A stretch of 63,829 nucleotides of DNA, the filler included, from Klebsormidium nitens (lineage: Eukaryota; Plantae; Klebsormidiophyceae): NCBI GenBank assembly GCA_000708835.1. It is 7 parts of 7 records of this genome, joined end to end, with 100 filler letters (N's around TTAATTAATTAA, not from the genome) between each part and the next. Parts side by side here need not be neighbours in the genome. Positions count along the whole stretch, not along the records: positions 1 to 13,349 come from DF238071.1; 6 more parts are not named here. The stretch is one strand, 5' to 3'. Within the stretch, counting starts at the first letter, position 1. Every line of letters starts with the position of its first letter. A model generated the notes under the pieces. The model was not told where the DNA came from and ran no database searches. It saw only the letters and a program-made list of their open reading frames with translations. The position numbers and the translations under genes are program-made. Of this stretch, positions 1 to 12,300 are shown piece after piece.

Positions 1-3000
1 TGCAATTCCTATCTCGCTCTTGCACTTCTTGAACTTCCCCGGTGTTAACGCCTTGGTCATGATGTCCGCCTTCATGTCCTCCGTCCCGCAGTACGCGAAT
101 GCAACCTCCTTGCGTGCCACACGCTCCCGTGCAAAGTGATGAATCACGTCAATGTGCTTCGGCCGCTGTGAAGCGATCGGGTGCTTGAGGAGCCGTATTG
201 CCCCTTGGTTGTTGCAGTAGATCAGGACCGTCCTAAAGTCCAACTCAAGGTCTCCCCCGAGTTTGCGGAACCACAGCGCCTCCTTCACCGCTTGCGCTGC
301 GCTCATATACTCCGCCTCTACCGTCGAGGCCGCCACCGTTGGCTGTAGCCTACCTCGACCAGCTCACCGCCCCCCCATACATCAGGAAGACGTACCCCGT
401 TGTGGACCGCTTTGTGTCCACGTCACCCGCGTAATCTGCGTCGCAATAAGCGATGAGAGTCTCTCCGCTTCCCCCAAACTTTACCCCGTCCTCTGCCGTA
501 CCCGCTAGGTAGCGCACAACTCCAAGCGCCGCCCGCCAGTGCTCCTCCGTCGGCCCCGCCATTAAGCGCACAAGCGCGCCCACTGCCTGTGCAATGTCCG
601 GCCGACTGCACACACTCAAGTACAACAGGCTCCCCACGCACTCACTGTAGGGAAACCGCTTTGTGTCGAGGGGTTCACTTTCTTTGGTTAAGTTGTCCCC
701 CGGTTCCGAGAGGGACCGAGCGCGCCCGAGCGCTCGCTAGTCCGTACCGTCCGACAACCTCTCCCGTCAGCTTCTTCTGTGTTAGCTTCCGGGTGCGCGC
801 CTCCCTATCGCGCGCCAGCTCCATGCCGAGGAAGTATTTCGCCTCCCCCAGGTCGCGCACGTCGAACTTCTCCCCCAAATGCGCCTTCACTTTGGCAATG
901 CGCTCCGCTCCCCGGGCCGCCACTAGGATGTCGTCCACCCACACCACTATGTAGACCCGCTCCCCGGCTACTATTCCCGTGAAGAGCGCCGCGTCCGCCA
1001 TTGACGCCACAAACTCAAAGTTCCCGAGCTCCTCCTTCAGGCGCATGTGCCATGCACGCGGCGCCTGGCGCAACCCGTACAAAGTGCGCTTGAGGTGGCA
1101 AACCACGTTGGGCCCGCCTTGCTCGTATCCCTTCGGTTGCTGCATGTAGATCTCCTCCTCCAGCTCCCCATTGAGGAACGCCGTTTTGACGTCCAGCTGG
1201 TGCAGCTCCTAGTCGCGCTCCGCGACCACCGCCAACAATGCACGCAATGTGGTGTGGTTGCTCATTGGGGCGTAGACTTCCTCAAAGTCAATTCCCTGCT
1301 TTTGCAGGTACCCTTTCGCCACCAGCCGGGACTTGTACCGCTCCACATTTCCGAGAGCGTCCCGCTTTATCTTGTAAACCCACTTCATGGGAACCGGCTT
1401 GACCCCTTCCGGTCTTTCGACGAGCTCCCAGGTCCCGTTCTCCAACAAAGACCGCATCTCCTCGTCCATCGACTTCCGCCATAGTTCACTCTCTTCTCCC
1501 CCTACGGCTTCCTGATAGGTTTGCGGTTCTGGGTGCTCCCCCGTCCCTTTGGGGTGCTCCCCGGCCTTCGGTTCCGCCGCTAAGTTAGCGCGGTACCACT
1601 TCCCCGGTGCGCGTCGTTTGCGCGCGGGGTACCTCTGGGCAGCCGGTGTTTGAACCGTCCGTGGGGTCGGAGCCAAGCTCGACAATTCCATCTCCCCCGA
1701 TTCCCTTGTCAAAGATAACGTCCCGGGAGATGATTAACTTCCCGTCACGGTCCCGGAGCAACCTGTAAGCCTTCGAGGCCGGCTCGTACCCCACGAACAC
1801 ACATCGCTCGCTCACCGGATCTAGCTTACGCCTCCGCTGCTTGGGTACGTGGCGGAACGCTCGGGCCCCAAAAACCCTCGTATGCCCGACATTCGGCTTT
1901 TCACCGAAGAAAAGTTCCCAGGGAGTCCTTCCATGGGCGCTCACGGGCGTCCGGTTCCGGGTGTAGTTGGCCGTCACCACGGCTTTCGCCCACAACTCTT
2001 TGGCCAACCCCGAGTCCTCAAGCATTGCCCGGGTCTTCTCCTCTAAATCCCCGTTAAGTCGTTCCGCCAACCCATTCTGCTCGGCGCTATAGGGGGCGGT
2101 TTTCTGGTGGACCGTCCCCTTGCCTTCGAAAACGTTTTTAAGGGCCTTGTTGACGTACTCCTTGCCCCGGTCTGTCCGCACCGACTTGAGCTGCTTCCCC
2201 GATTGCAACTCCAACCGGTTGATCACGTGCTCTGTGACCTTGGCCACCTCGCTTTTCTGCTTCAAGGGGACTACAACCGAGAGTTTGATGTAGTCGTCCA
2301 AAAACGCGGCAAAGTACCGGCTTCCCCCTACCGAGGCTACCGGCATTGTCCCGCAGACGTCCATATGGACTAGCTCAAGAGGCTCCGTGCTCACCGAGTC
2401 GGATTCCGGGAAAGGGGAGCCTAGTTTGCTTCCCCATAATGCAGGGCTCACACACCGAGGTTTTAAGCGCCCTGAACGCACTCGGTTTCACCCCGACCCC
2501 TTCCACAAGGTCGCGCTGCACCATCTTCGCCAAGTTTTCGTACCCGGCGTGTCCCAACCGTCGGTGCCACAGCTCCGCCGTTTCCGGCTTCTTCACAAGG
2601 AAGCACGTCTCCTTCTCCGCGCGGTTGACCACATAGACCCCCTTCACCTTCCGAGCCACAAGGACTACCTCCTCGTCAACCTCAAGCTCGCAGTTGCCGT
2701 TCTCCTTGAACAGCATTGACGCAACCTCGGTGGCCTTGCTCACCGAGATCAAATTCGCCGCCACCCTCGGGACATACATCACGTTCTGCAGAGTGACCAG
2801 ACTTTCTCCGGTCGGTGTCGCACACCGCAGCTCTACCGAGCCGCTCCCCTCTGCCCATAGGGTTCCCTTGTCCCCGAACGTGAACTCTCGGCCACTCCCC
2901 CCGAACATTTCGAGGGTCTCAAATAGGCTCTTGTCCCCGGTGAGGTGTTGGGAGCTACCCGAATCGACGAGCCACTCGTCGGTCGACACCCCCTCAATGA

Positions 3001-3768
3001 CCCTAAAGGCCACACCCCTGGGAGGTTTCCCCCCTTTTTTTGCTCCGGCTTGTGCTCCCGCCTATCCGGCTTACTGCACTTCCGGGCAATGTGACCAAAC
3101 TCCGCGCAATTATAGCACTTGGGCCCTTTGCCCCGGTTCTCATCCTTGCCGTGCACTTTCTCCTTCCCTTTCCGCCCGGCCACGTAGGCCACTGCGGAGT
3201 CCGACCCACCGCCGCCCTTTTCCTTAGGCGACTCCTCAAACCCTTGCTCATGCACCAAGAGCTTCGGCAGAATCGCATCCACCGAGCTAATAGCGCTCTC
3301 CGAAGCCTCGGATTGTTCTCAGGGTACTGAACGTCTTGGGCAATCCCGCAAGCACGCTCCATGCCAACTCATCCGGCTTCATCTCAAAACCGGTGGCAAC
3401 CAAGTCCTTATACAAATCCTTGCCCGACCCATATACATGGTCACGGGCTCACCCGACTTCATCTTGAGAGAATGCAACTCTTGCCTGAGCTGCATCTTCC
3501 TTGCATTGGTTTTGCTCTTGTAGGTCTTCTCAAGGAGATCCCACGCCTCCTTTGCGGTTTTGCAATCCTCAATCGACCCCAAATGGTGGTCCTCAACGTT
3601 TAGCCCGATGATGGACAACGCTTTCTTTGATTGAGCAGGGTGCGCTACGGGATCCTCAACCCCGTTCCATAGATCCTTGGAAGTCAGAAGAAACTTAATC
3701 TTCGAACTCCACGTTCTATAGTTCTCCACATCCAACTTATCGATGTGGACCTTGTATCCGTCGGCCAA
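1..3768 (-). pseudogene. Frameshifted gag-pol polyprotein of Copia element 1
   Basis: gag KLDVENYRTWSSKIKF (3379-3768; start is TTG where the sister copy at 9672 has ATG); knuckle CYNCAEFGHIARKC; protease WLVDSGSSQHLTG; WHRRLGH..CEPCIMGKQ; integrase LELVHMDVCG..RTDRGKEY..QNGLAERLN; RT RYKSRLVAKGY, LYGLRQAPRAW, VWVDDILV; RNase H YCDADYAGDVDTKRSTTGY. The motifs are split over at least 7 frames. Confidence 0.93.
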
Positions 3769-4048
3769 TTTAGGGATTGCGTTCCCTTTCTCTTTTTTGT
3801 CAGGACCAAAGGTGGAAATTTTCCTTTTAGGCTTTCCCTGCCACTTGATCCCCCTTACGGGCTTTCAAATGTCGTTGTGCTCAAAGAGCATCCACGATAA
3901 AGCAGACCGCCCCCACCGTGCCTTCATTGACAAGAGAGAACCATTGGCCGACCTCGGCGCACAGATTCAATTCCCACCCTTACGGAGGCCTACTATTGAA
4001 TGCTTGCGCCTTCACTCCTCAGACGCCGTGGTGCGCCGTCCGTGCGCC

Positions 4049-4062
4049 GTGGGCCCATAACC
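4049..4062 (-). promoter_or_regulatory. Primer-binding site GGTTATGGGCCCAC (half-tRNAiMet type)
   Basis: Directly abuts the LTR end (..TTTCAACA|GGTTATGGGCCCAC); complementary to the anticodon arm (GUGGGCCCAUAACC) of plant initiator tRNA-Met. Confidence 0.9.
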
Positions 4063-4454
4063 TGTTGAAACACGGCGTTGTTTGGAATGAATGATCGAAT
4101 GATCAAGTTCACACAATACATATCGAGTGTTCGGAGTCTAGCGGCGCTAAAGCTCTGCAGTCTGTGTGCTATGCTAAACTCACTCCAGTAGAGTCACACT
4201 CCTAGTCTAGGTCTGCACTGATAGCCTAGTAGGCTGAGTTTACCGCGGATAAGCAAGTCCGAAGATCTCGCGCAAATCTGAATATCTACGGCTATTATCG
4301 AACCTACTCATTACGGCGGTTACCTCAATAAGTCATTCGGGTGTAACGCTGTAACCCGCCAAATTTAACCGCCAACCGCTAACTACCGGTTATCGTCGAA
4401 CTCCCGTCGACGTTACCCAAGAGATCGTGCACACTAAATGCCCGAATCTCAACA
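4063..4454 (-). repeat. 5' LTR of Copia element 1 (about 392 bp)
   Basis: TGTTGA at 4063 and TCAACA ending at 4454 form terminal inverted ends next to the PBS. The outer boundary is unconfirmed because the partner LTR is outside the window. Confidence 0.65.
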
Positions 4455-4554
4455 CATGACCTTTAGATACGTGGATACTAAAATCGACGGCCTAGCTTCA
4501 CTCACTCAACCAAGTACCATCGAACGGTCCACACAAATCGGGTATTAATCGTCT

Positions 4555-4830
4555 GCAAGGTTCTTAATCTTTTGCAAGTTCTTCCAAATCTGTTTGGTCT
4601 TAATCTGCCAAGTACTTGGGCTACTTGGTCTTAATCAACCAAGCACACAATCCCTTTTATCTTAATCCATCAAGCACATAACTTCTTTTATCTTTATCTG
4701 CCAAGCACTCGGCTCCTCTTATCTTGATCATCAAGCACTCAATCCTTTTCATCTTAATCTGCCAGGCCTTTTACCTTTTCTCTCTTAATCTGCCGGTCTC
4801 AACTTCTTTCATCTTAATATGTCAAGCCCT
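4555..4830. repeat. Degenerate tandem repeat of about 30-35 bp with core TCTTAATC..CAAGCAC
   Basis: TCTTAATC(T/A/C)..CAAG(C/T)AC recurs about 9 times in a pyrimidine-rich tract. Confidence 0.7.
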
Positions 4831-6177
4831 CACTCTCTTTCATCGATATCAAACAAATAGTCATTCTCTTTGCTCTTACTGTCCACAATTTGGCTGTCAT
4901 CCAACCTTAAATTGCAGCAGGGATTTGCCTTCTTTGTGTTCAAGGAAGAGTGTATTTGAGATGGCGGGAGACGACTGAATCTCGATCCCGCAACTCTGTG
5001 GTGAAAACTGTTTAACGTGAAAAGCCAAGTTCCGTCAAGATCCGTGGGCTTTTTGCATACAAGGGATGGCTGTGTAAATTGGAGGAGCCGCAGTCGTGGA
5101 AGGTAGGAAACTGTCAAGCCAAGCGAAGGGGGTTGATGCTGATCCACACGGAAGATGCATATATGAAGTTGATTGAGGGTGAACATAGCGTTTTTGAAGA
5201 ACGCCATACCCATGCCCACCTGCGGCGACCAAGGCTATTCAAGTCCCACCTGTCAGAGAAAGATTTAATTGCAAGATAAGGTAGGATTCGCCGTCGATCG
5301 ATCTTATCGTCCATGTTGACCGTCGATTTCATGTTGGGGGTTGCGCAACCCCAGGCCTTGAAGCGTCGCACGGTACCTACTAGTGTCCTGTACGACAAGT
5401 TTCCAGTACGCGAGCAGAATTTTTGCAACGGGGATTCCAGTCAGCCTAGGGTAGTATTGAAAATGTGAACTCCGACGTTTACGGCGTAGAAATACTTGGT
5501 TAGACTTCTCAAGCTATGGGCGGCGGTATTTTAATCATAGCTTGGAAGGGTTAGACTGTTGCCCGGTCCAGTACACTTCGTCGAGCTCTAGGTCTTGCGA
5601 TGAAAACTTCTACATGTAGAGGCTTCCATGACTTGAAGGTACATTTTACCGTTTATATAGTACAATTGTTACTAAATTTTTCGTACGGTACTGACAACCT
5701 TTGTACCTCGCAAGTCGCGACTCTCACACATTTTGGCTTCGGCAGTACCACCGCGACCCGCGATACATAAAACTCCACCATCGACTGAGTACCGGCCCAC
5801 CCACCCGGGCACCGGCAAGCTCCATCGCACAGTGCGGAATTGGATTTTGAGGCATCGACGGTTACTCGTACCTCATCCTGCAACGCAATCTTTTCTGACA
5901 GGTGGGAGACATGGATTTCTCTAAAAAGGTTAGGGGCATGCTTGCACGCCTCTTCAAGAACGCTATGGAACCACGCTTTGCAAAAAGCGTGGACACAACG
6001 CAAACGGCAAATTTTCCGCTCGCGAAGTCGTAAAGCCGAATTCGCGCGGTAGGCAAATTTTACCACTCCAGACTCGAAAGTGGTCAAAAAAGGCCATTTT
6101 TAAGGTTGTAAAGGTAGCCTGCGTTTGTGTACCTGTGCCACGATTTTGGTTCTGAAGATTGGGATAGACCTTTATTA

Positions 6178-6692
6178 TGTTGAAATCATACGCTCGTGCT
6201 TGGAATCTAGGAGGGATTCAACCACCCTCACACACAAAGCGCCTTCACAAAAGGAGCGCCCTAGCTCTCAACAAGCATCTCTTAATATGAATGAGTTGGG
6301 TTCTCTACATGTAGTCAAGTCTTATAGCCTAGCTCAAGCCCAGCATTAACCTAGGTGTTTCAATCGACAAATCGACGGTCCGTATTCGTCGTTGCCTATA
6401 AAGAACCCATCGAACGGCTACACCTCACAAAGAACCCTTTCACAATGGACTCAATCCTACGGCTCACTTTTCGCGCATCCTACGGTGGATATTAAATCAT
6501 GCAAGCTCACAATGGTACGGCCACCCTTATGCATCAAAGCTACGCTTCCATGGACGACTCAAGCACAAGACATTAGAGCGTATTCAAGGCTAGTACCTCC
6601 CAACTCTAACATACGGCACAAGAGCGAAACTACCCTCTATTTCCGCCAAACTCCATCACAATTTGGCCGTCAAAGAACCCCGTATTTTAACA
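6178..6692 (-). repeat. 3' LTR of element 2 (515 bp)
   Basis: Co-linear with 8571-9099 apart from scattered substitutions and small indels; TG..CA ends. Confidence 0.93.
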
Positions 6693-6717
6693 GTCCCACA
6701 AATTGTCCCACTTGCAT

Positions 6718-8441
6718 CTAACCCTTCCGACCCGCTCGCTTCTTGGCCTTCGGTGTTACCCATCCCGTCTCGCCCTTCCGATCTTCTCCCGGTGGCACAC
6801 GTGTACGCTCCGGATATCGCTTGCCGTCCATCTCCGGCGACATCATCTTTTCGCTTTCAACCTTGTCCTTCCGGTTGATCCGTGCTCCCACGCGTTCTGC
6901 TGTGGTTGCTTCCACGCCTTCCGCTCCCGCTCCCACGGCTTCCGTTGCGCAGTGTTTCTCCGTCTTCTTCTCCGTTGGGGTCTCCATTTTCCCGACGCTT
7001 ACATCCACCGATTGGGTCTCCTTCACCCCGTTGTCCGACTCATCGCCCGACTCAAGGTCAACCTCAATGACCTTGACCGGCCTCACCTCCGCTTGCTTCT
7101 TCTCCACTCTCATTTCCGGCTTCGGTGCCACCTTCCCAAACCGACGCTCCGTCTTAACCGACGCCCCTTGACCGCCAAGAATGCTCTTGCCTTCTTACCT
7201 GTGCAATCTCCCACAATCCACCGTGTTGCACCGCCTCCATGCTCACCACACCTCCCATCTCAAAACGGGCAATCCCCCTTTCAAAAGAGATCCTTGCGCC
7301 CGCGTCCGTTGCTCGCCGCATTGCGAACAAGTTTATTCTCGCTTCCAGAACGTGCCAAACCTCACCTTGCCCGTTCCGTTTGGCGTCTCACACTCCAAGA
7401 CAACTTGCCCAATCCCCACCGCCGTCAAGGCTTCTCCTCCAAGCCCCTCAATCGTCTCCGTACGCGCAAGCCTCTCGTAGCTTGCAAATTGCCTCTTATC
7501 CCCGGTGATGTGTTGCGTGCTTCCCGAGTCAACAAGCCACACATCCGCCGGCAACCGCGCCTCTTTGCGCCACGCCATAAACGCCACACCGGCAAACTCC
7601 TTCCGGTCCGGGCGGTCCTCACCGCCGCCTTTTGCACCACCTCGGGGCCTACACACCGAGCTTATGTGGCCCCTCTTCCCACAATTGAAGCACTCCGCGT
7701 TCCTCTTCCAGCAATGGGCCCGGACGTGGCCCTTCTCTCTGCAACCATAGCACGTCCTCGCGTCGAGACCGCCTTCGCGCATCACCCCTCCGATAAACCT
7801 CCCCGCTCACTTGAACCCTTGGTAACGGTCTCATACCGTTCCCGGTTGGCAACAAATGCGTTCCCCATACTATTTTCCTTCTCCGGAGTTCCTAGCTTCT
7901 CTTCCAACTTCAACTTTTGCTCCTTTTGCATGAGCTGAATTGTGTCCAACGTCAACTCCTCCTCACTCAACTCTAGGACCTCAACTAGAGTTGCATACTC
8001 CTTAGGCAAACCATTCAAGGCATGGATTGCCAACTCTACCTCGGACACGGTTTGACCCGCTGTCTCCAAATCCACCTGTATCTCGCGAAACTCTCCCACA
8101 TACTCCGCAATGCTCTTCTCCCGGGTCAACGTCAAGCTTGTCAACTTCTTCCTAAGTTGGACAACCCTTGCGTTGCTTGTTTTCTCAAAGTTCTCCTCAA
8201 GCTTCTTCCAAGCTTTGGCAGCCGTGGACTCCCCAATGAACAACTTTACATAGGCATCTTGAGTGTGGAGGTTCATCAAAGCCTTTGCTTGCCCCGATGC
8301 TTTTCTTCCTTCCACCGGGTCCGGTTGCTCAATAACAACATACAACCCTTTGTACTCAAGAAGGGCTCGGAACTTGGCCCTCCATACCGACCAATTCTCA
8401 CCTCCAAGTTGCGGGATAACAATCTTGTCAATCCCCGCCAT
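6718..8441 (-). pseudogene. gag (UBN2-like) + two CCHC knuckles + aspartic protease + acidic linker; no integrase core, RT or RNase H
   Basis: LGGENWSVWRAKFRALL..KTSNARVVQLRKKL; CYGCREKGHVRAHC and CFNCGKRGHISSVC; WLVDSGSTQHITGDK; then an acidic/basic tail with RYPERTRVPPGE, resembling the IN-RT linker RYPARKRRAPG of element 1. Frameshifted. Confidence 0.88.
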
Positions 8442-8556
8442 CTCCTCTGCGGTAAGGCCTCTCTTAGCGCTAGACCCAACTTAAGCTTCACTCAAAGCTC
8501 TTCCTCTTCAACTTCACAACAACCTCATCATCCTCCTTTACCTAGAAAGCGTTGTT

Positions 8557-8570
8557 GTGGGCCCATAACC
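8557..8570 (-). promoter_or_regulatory. Primer-binding site GGTTATGGGCCCAC (half-tRNAiMet type) of element 2
   Basis: Same 14-mer as 4049-4062, abutting the LTR at 8571. Confidence 0.9.
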
Positions 8571-9099
8571 TGTTGAAATCATACGCTCATGCTTGGAATT
8601 TAAGAGGGATTCAACCACCCTCACACACAAAGCGCCTTCACAAAAGGAGCGCCCTAGCTCTCAACAAGCATCTCTTAAAATGAATGAGTTGGGTTCGAAC
8701 TTACATGTAGTCAAGTCTTATAGCCTAGCTCAAGCCTAGCATTGACCCTAGGTGTTTCAATCGACAAATCGACGGTCCGTATTCGTCGTTGCCTATAAAG
8801 AACCCATCGAACGGCTACACCAAAGTGCACATCACAAAAGAACCCTTTCACAATGGACTCAATCCTACGGCTCACATTTCGCGCATCCTACAGTGGATGT
8901 TCAATTATGCAAGCTCTCAATGGTACGGCCGACCTTATGCATCAAACCTACGCTTCCTGGACGACTCAAGCACAAGACATTGGAGCGTACTCAAGGCTAG
9001 TACCTCCCACCTCTAACATATAGCGCAAGAGGGAAACCACCGTCTATTTCCGCCTAATTCTATCACAATTTGGCCGTCAAAGAACCCCGTATCTTAACA
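8571..9099 (-). repeat. 5' LTR of element 2 (529 bp)
   Basis: Homologous to 6178-6692; flanked by the PBS on one side and the TATTA TSD on the other. Confidence 0.93.
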
Positions 9100-9339
9100 T
9101 ATTACGAGCAGTCCAAGGTAATTCCCAAGTTGCAATAGATTCTATTGTCAAAATCTCAAACTGCCACGGTGGGAGTTTTGGCTTATTCAAAATCCTTGAG
9201 TGAAATTACCGTGAATTTCGAGCTACGGCGGTCGAAAAGTGGGCCTTATTGACTTTTCAAAGCGAAATTTCGAGGCCCCGTTTTCGCGATCGATCGCGAG
9301 TCGTGGGCTATATTTTAGTGCATTGGCAGTGGCCGTCGC

Positions 9340-12300
9340 GAAAACGGCACAATGAGTGTGTTTGCGTTGTGGAAGAAGTTGGAGGACAACTTTGAAAAAA
9401 GGAGCAACGCGTGCATGATTCAACTCGGGAGAAAGCTGACGGGTCTAAGGTTGGACAAGTGGAAAGCCATTGCAGAGTACACCAAGGGGAAGACCAGGAG
9501 CTCAAGATAGATTTAGAGGCGGCAGGACAAAGCGTCTCAGAGGGTGAGCTGGCCGTGCACGCCTTGAAGGGTTTGCTGGAGGCGTATGCCACTGTTGTGG
9601 AGTTCTTGAAGCTCGGAAAAGAAGAGCTAACCCTAGCCTGAGAAACAGAGAAGAGGCAAGCAAACCCTAAGATGGCTGACGGGTTCAAAGTCCATGTAGA
9701 AGCTTGATGTAGATAACGACATCAATTGGAGTGGCAAAATCAACTTCTCGTTGACATCAAATAATCTATGAAACGGAGGGAAACATCCCGCAGCTCACGC
9801 ATCTCAATCGACGAAGGCGTTTCCATCGTACGTGATAATAATTGAGGCGTGCAAGTCAGCAAAGGAGGCTTGGGATCCCCTTGAGACGACCTACGGGAGC
9901 AAATTTGATGTACGGGAGATGCAACTCAGGCAAGAGTTGCATTCCCACAAGAGAATGTCGTGCACATGAGCCCGTGACCGTACGTGGCTCGGGCAAAGGA
10001 TTCAGTGTATGGAAATTTGACAGCACCGTTTTCGAGGTCAAGCCGGATGTGCTAGCGGGATTGCCGAGCTCGTTCAGTACCCTGAGAACAACTCTAATGG
10101 CTTCGGAAGGCGGCTTGAGCTTGGTAGATGCGAATTTGCCGAAGCTCTTGGGTGCATGAAAGGGTTTCAGCTGCCCAAGGATGCTCAGGGCGGTGGTGGG
10201 TCAGACTTCGCGGTAATTTGTGTAGCTCAGCGGAAAGGGAGCAAGAAGAAGAGCCACGGCAAGGATGAGAGCCGGGGCAAGGGCCCTAAGTGCTACAACT
10301 GCAGTGAGTTTTGTGACATTGTCCGGAAGTGCAGCAAGCCGGATATGCGGGAGCACAAGCCATAGCAAAAGAAGGGAGGTAAACATTCCAAGGGAGTGGC
10401 CTTTAGCGTGATTGAGGGGGTAGCTGCCGACGATCGGCTCGTCACTGTTGGGTAGCTCTTAGCACCTAATCGTGGACAAGAGCCTATTTGAGACCCTCGA
10501 GATGTTCGTAGGGAGTGGCCGAGAGTTCACGATTCGGGACGCCGGGAACCTTGTGGGCAGAGGGGAGCGGCTCGGTTGAGCTGTTGTGCGCGACTGCGAT
10601 GGAAGACTTTTTGGTCCTCAGATGCAGAACGTGATGTGTTCCATGAGTTGCGGCAAACCTGATTTCGGTAAGCAACCGAGGTCGCCGCCTTAATATTGTT
10701 CAAGGAGAACGGCAATTGTGGTTTGAGGTTCACGGGGAGGTAGTCCTTGGTTCGGAAAGTGATGGAATCTACGTGGTCGACCGGGTGGGGAACGCATTGA
10801 TCTCCAAAGGGGCCCGCTTTCGGAAATGCTGAGTTTAGGGCCCGCCGCGCTGCGAGAGAACGCGTGCTTCCTCGTGAGAAAGCCGGAAGCGGCCGAGCTG
10901 TGACATCAACGGATGGGGCAAGTCGGGTATGGGAACTTGGCGAAGATGATGCAAGACACCACGTGGAGGTCGGCGAGAAACCGGGGGCGTTCAGAGCGCT
11001 AGAACCTCGGTGTGTAAGCCGTGCATCATGGGGAAGCAAACGCGGCTCCCTTCCTAGAATCGTAGTCGATGAGCATGTAGCCTCTCAAGCTGGTCCACAT
11101 GGACGTTCTACGGGCCGATGCCGGTCCCCTTGGTCGGGGGGAGCCGGTACTTTGCCACGTAGAANNNNNNNNNNNNNNNNNNNNGGTCATGTAATAAACC
11201 GGTTGGAGTTGCAATCCGGGAAGAAGCTCGGGTCGGTGCGGACTGATCGGGGGAAGAGATACGTCAACAAGGCCCTCAAGAACGTGTTTGGGGGCAAGAG
11301 GACGGTGCAAGAGAAGACTGGCCCCCACATGGCCGAGCAGAACGGGTCGGCAGAGCGGCTCAATCGGCAATTGGAGAAGAAGGTCCGACGATGCTCGAGG
11401 ATTTCGAGGCTGAGGATTTCGAGGCTGCGCAAAGAGATGTGAGCAGAGGCCGTTGTGACGGCCAACTACACCCAAAACGGGACCCTGGTGAGCGCACACC
11501 GGAGGACCCCGTGGAAAATGTTTCTTGCAGAAAGCCCAACGTGGGGCACATGCGGGTGTTTGGGGCGCGCTCCTGCAGGCACGTTTTCAAGCAGAGGAGA
11601 CAGAGTTGGACGGCGTTAAGCGAGAGGTATGTGTTGAAGGGGTAAAAGCCGGACTCCAAAGCGTATTGGGTGCTCCGGAAGAGCCTACAGAAGATCATGG
11701 TCTCTCGGGACGTCATTTTTGGATTAATGCGAGGAGAACAACGGGGTTGTTGAGTTGAGCTCCGACCCCACGGAGGGTTCCACAGAGGAGGCCAACGAGC
11801 GTGACATCGCGCCTGCGACAAACCATGGCCGCGTGGCGGCACGCACGATTTCCAAAACCGACCAAAGTGGGCAACTTTTGGAAACGGTGCAAGAAAGCAG
11901 AGCAGAGCCGGAAAAGATTGTGGAGGACTTAGGGATGGATGCCAACACCGGCTGCTCAGAGTGTACTTCGCGCGTGAGAGACACACGCCAAGAAAGTGAT
12001 CTGCGCCAGCTTGGCGGCCGACACCAAAGCGGGGAAGCAACCCTTGAAAGAAACGGGGGAGCACCCAGAACCGCAGAGATATCAGGAAGCCTTTGGGAGA
12101 GAAGACAGTGACCTCTGGCGAAAGTCCATGAACGGAAAGATGCGTTCCCTATTGGAGAACGGGACTTGGGAGATCGTCGAAAAACCACAAAGGGGTCAAG
12201 ACGGTTCCCATGAAGTGTGTTTACAAGAATAAGCGGGACGCTCACGGGAACGTGGAGCGGTACAAGTCCCGGCTGGTGGCGAAGGGCTACTTGCAGATTC

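Larger units (their letters stand above)
1..4454 (-). mobile_element. Ty1/Copia LTR retrotransposon (family 1), decayed; 3' end runs off the window start
   Basis: On the minus strand the order is LTR, PBS, gag, CCHC knuckle, protease, GAG-pre-integrase, integrase, RT, RNase H, which is the Copia order (IN before RT). Confidence 0.95.
6178..9099 (-). mobile_element. Complete non-autonomous Copia-type LTR element (family 2), 2922 bp, with 5-bp TSD TATTA
   Basis: Two homologous LTRs (6178-6692, 8571-9099, both TGTTGAAATC..TTAACA); TATTA at 6173-6177 and 9100-9104; PBS at 8557-8570; the internal 1.9 kb has gag, knuckle and protease only. Confidence 0.93.

Noticed and set aside
4049-4062. tRNA-Met gene fragment (also 8557-8570)
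   Set aside because: Only 14 nt match, flush with an LTR, with no cloverleaf; it is a primer-binding site.
5337-5352. Perfect 16-bp palindrome GGGGTTGCGCAACCCC
   Set aside because: Single occurrence with no supporting context; one such palindrome in 64 kb is not compelling.
6703-7938. 411-aa plus-strand ORF
   Set aside because: Antisense shadow of the element-2 gag/protease region; no recognisable motifs.
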